Positions 63,542 through 64,000 of a stretch of DNA of 64,000 nucleotides are shown piece after piece. Below the pieces are notes generated by a model. It had not been told where the DNA came from. It worked only from the letters and a program-made list of their open reading frames with translations, and did not search any database. The stretch is from an uncultured Pelagibacteraceae bacterium (lineage in GTDB: Bacteria; Pseudomonadota; Alphaproteobacteria; Pelagibacterales; Pelagibacteraceae), in the NCBI GenBank assembly GCA_902517615.1, contig CABYCY010000004.1, positions 18,041 to 82,040 on the forward strand, given 5' to 3'. Numbering within the stretch: the stretch's first letter is position 1; the number at the start of each line of letters is the position of its first letter. A program made the position numbers and the translations under genes.

Positions 63542-64000
63542 TTAATTTCTCCAAAATGATGGTAAGAACAATACTAATATTGCGAACAACTCAAGTCTAC
63601 CTAAAATCATACCAACAGTTAAAATCCACTTTGAAACATCAGGTAAAGATGAAAAATCTCCATTTGGACCAATTATTGGCCCTAAACCAGGACCAACATT
63701 TGAAATTGAAGTCGCTGCTCCTGATATTGCAGTAATAAAGTCAAGACCAGTTAAAGATAATAATGCAGTTAAAATAAAAAATATTACAAAATAAAAATAA
63801 ATAAAAGAAATTATTGAAGAAATAAACTTATCATCAACGGAGCTTTGATCATATTTAATTACAAAAACACCTTTTGGGTAAATAATTTTTTTAAGTTGAT
63901 TTAATATAAATAAATATAGTATTTGAATTCTAAAAATTTTTACCCCACAAGTAGTTGATCCAGCACAACCACCAATAAACATCAATGCTAAAAATATAGT
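63542..64000 (-). CDS. trkH: TrkH/KtrB-family potassium uptake permease, 5'-truncated by window edge
   Basis: MFIGGCAGSTTCGVK, ISNVGPGLG, MILGRLE; frame open to base 64000. Confidence 0.92.
   Translation of the reverse strand, partial: TIFLALMFIGGCAGSTTCGVKIFRIQILYLFILNQLKKIIYPKGVFVIKYDQSSVDDKFISSIISFIYFYFVIFFILTALLSLTGLDFITAISGAATSISNVGPGLGPIIGPNGDFSSLPDVSKWILTVGMILGRLELFAILVLFLPSFWRN

Overview
AT-rich, extremely compact alphaproteobacterial chromosome segment. Gene content, the DmdA sequence and spacers that are mostly 0-40 bp point to Pelagibacterales (SAR11). 1-15.5 kb is a carboxylate uptake/catabolism region: FAD-linked 2-hydroxyacid oxidase, 2-hydroxyacid dehydrogenase, DMT transporter, TRAP system 1 with an isocitrate-lyase/PEP-mutase-family enzyme and mmsB, TRAP system 2 with enlarged Q and M subunits, MFS transporter, hydrolase and an orphan secreted protein. 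ftsY-dapF lie divergent from a ~33 kb plus-strand run: ffh leader RNA, ffh-rpsP-trmD-rplS, leuCDB, DMSP demethylation genes dmdC-dmdB-hydrolase-dmdA, asd, sdhCDAB, mmsA, mdh, sucCD, sucAB, lpdA, priA, atpHAGDC. A minus-strand run carries a SAM-II riboswitch, metX-metW-gloB, rplU-rpmA-obgE-proBA-nadD-rsfS-ctpA-rppH. The window ends with hisC-tyrA and trkH-ampG-NlpC/P60. I saw no rRNA, tRNA, CRISPR array, IS element or prophage. Most notable: (1) both canonical heme-b axial histidines of the succinate dehydrogenase anchors appear replaced (SdhC Gln79, SdhD Phe63), predicting a naturally heme-free complex II; (2) a TRAP + C-C lyase + mmsB cassette of unknown substrate; (3) an uncharacterised hydrolase inside the dmd operon; (4) a DctM with a ~330 aa soluble tail; (5) a SAM-II aptamer followed by a U-tract rather than a Shine-Dalgarno. 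All calls come from motif recognition by eye; no database searches were run.
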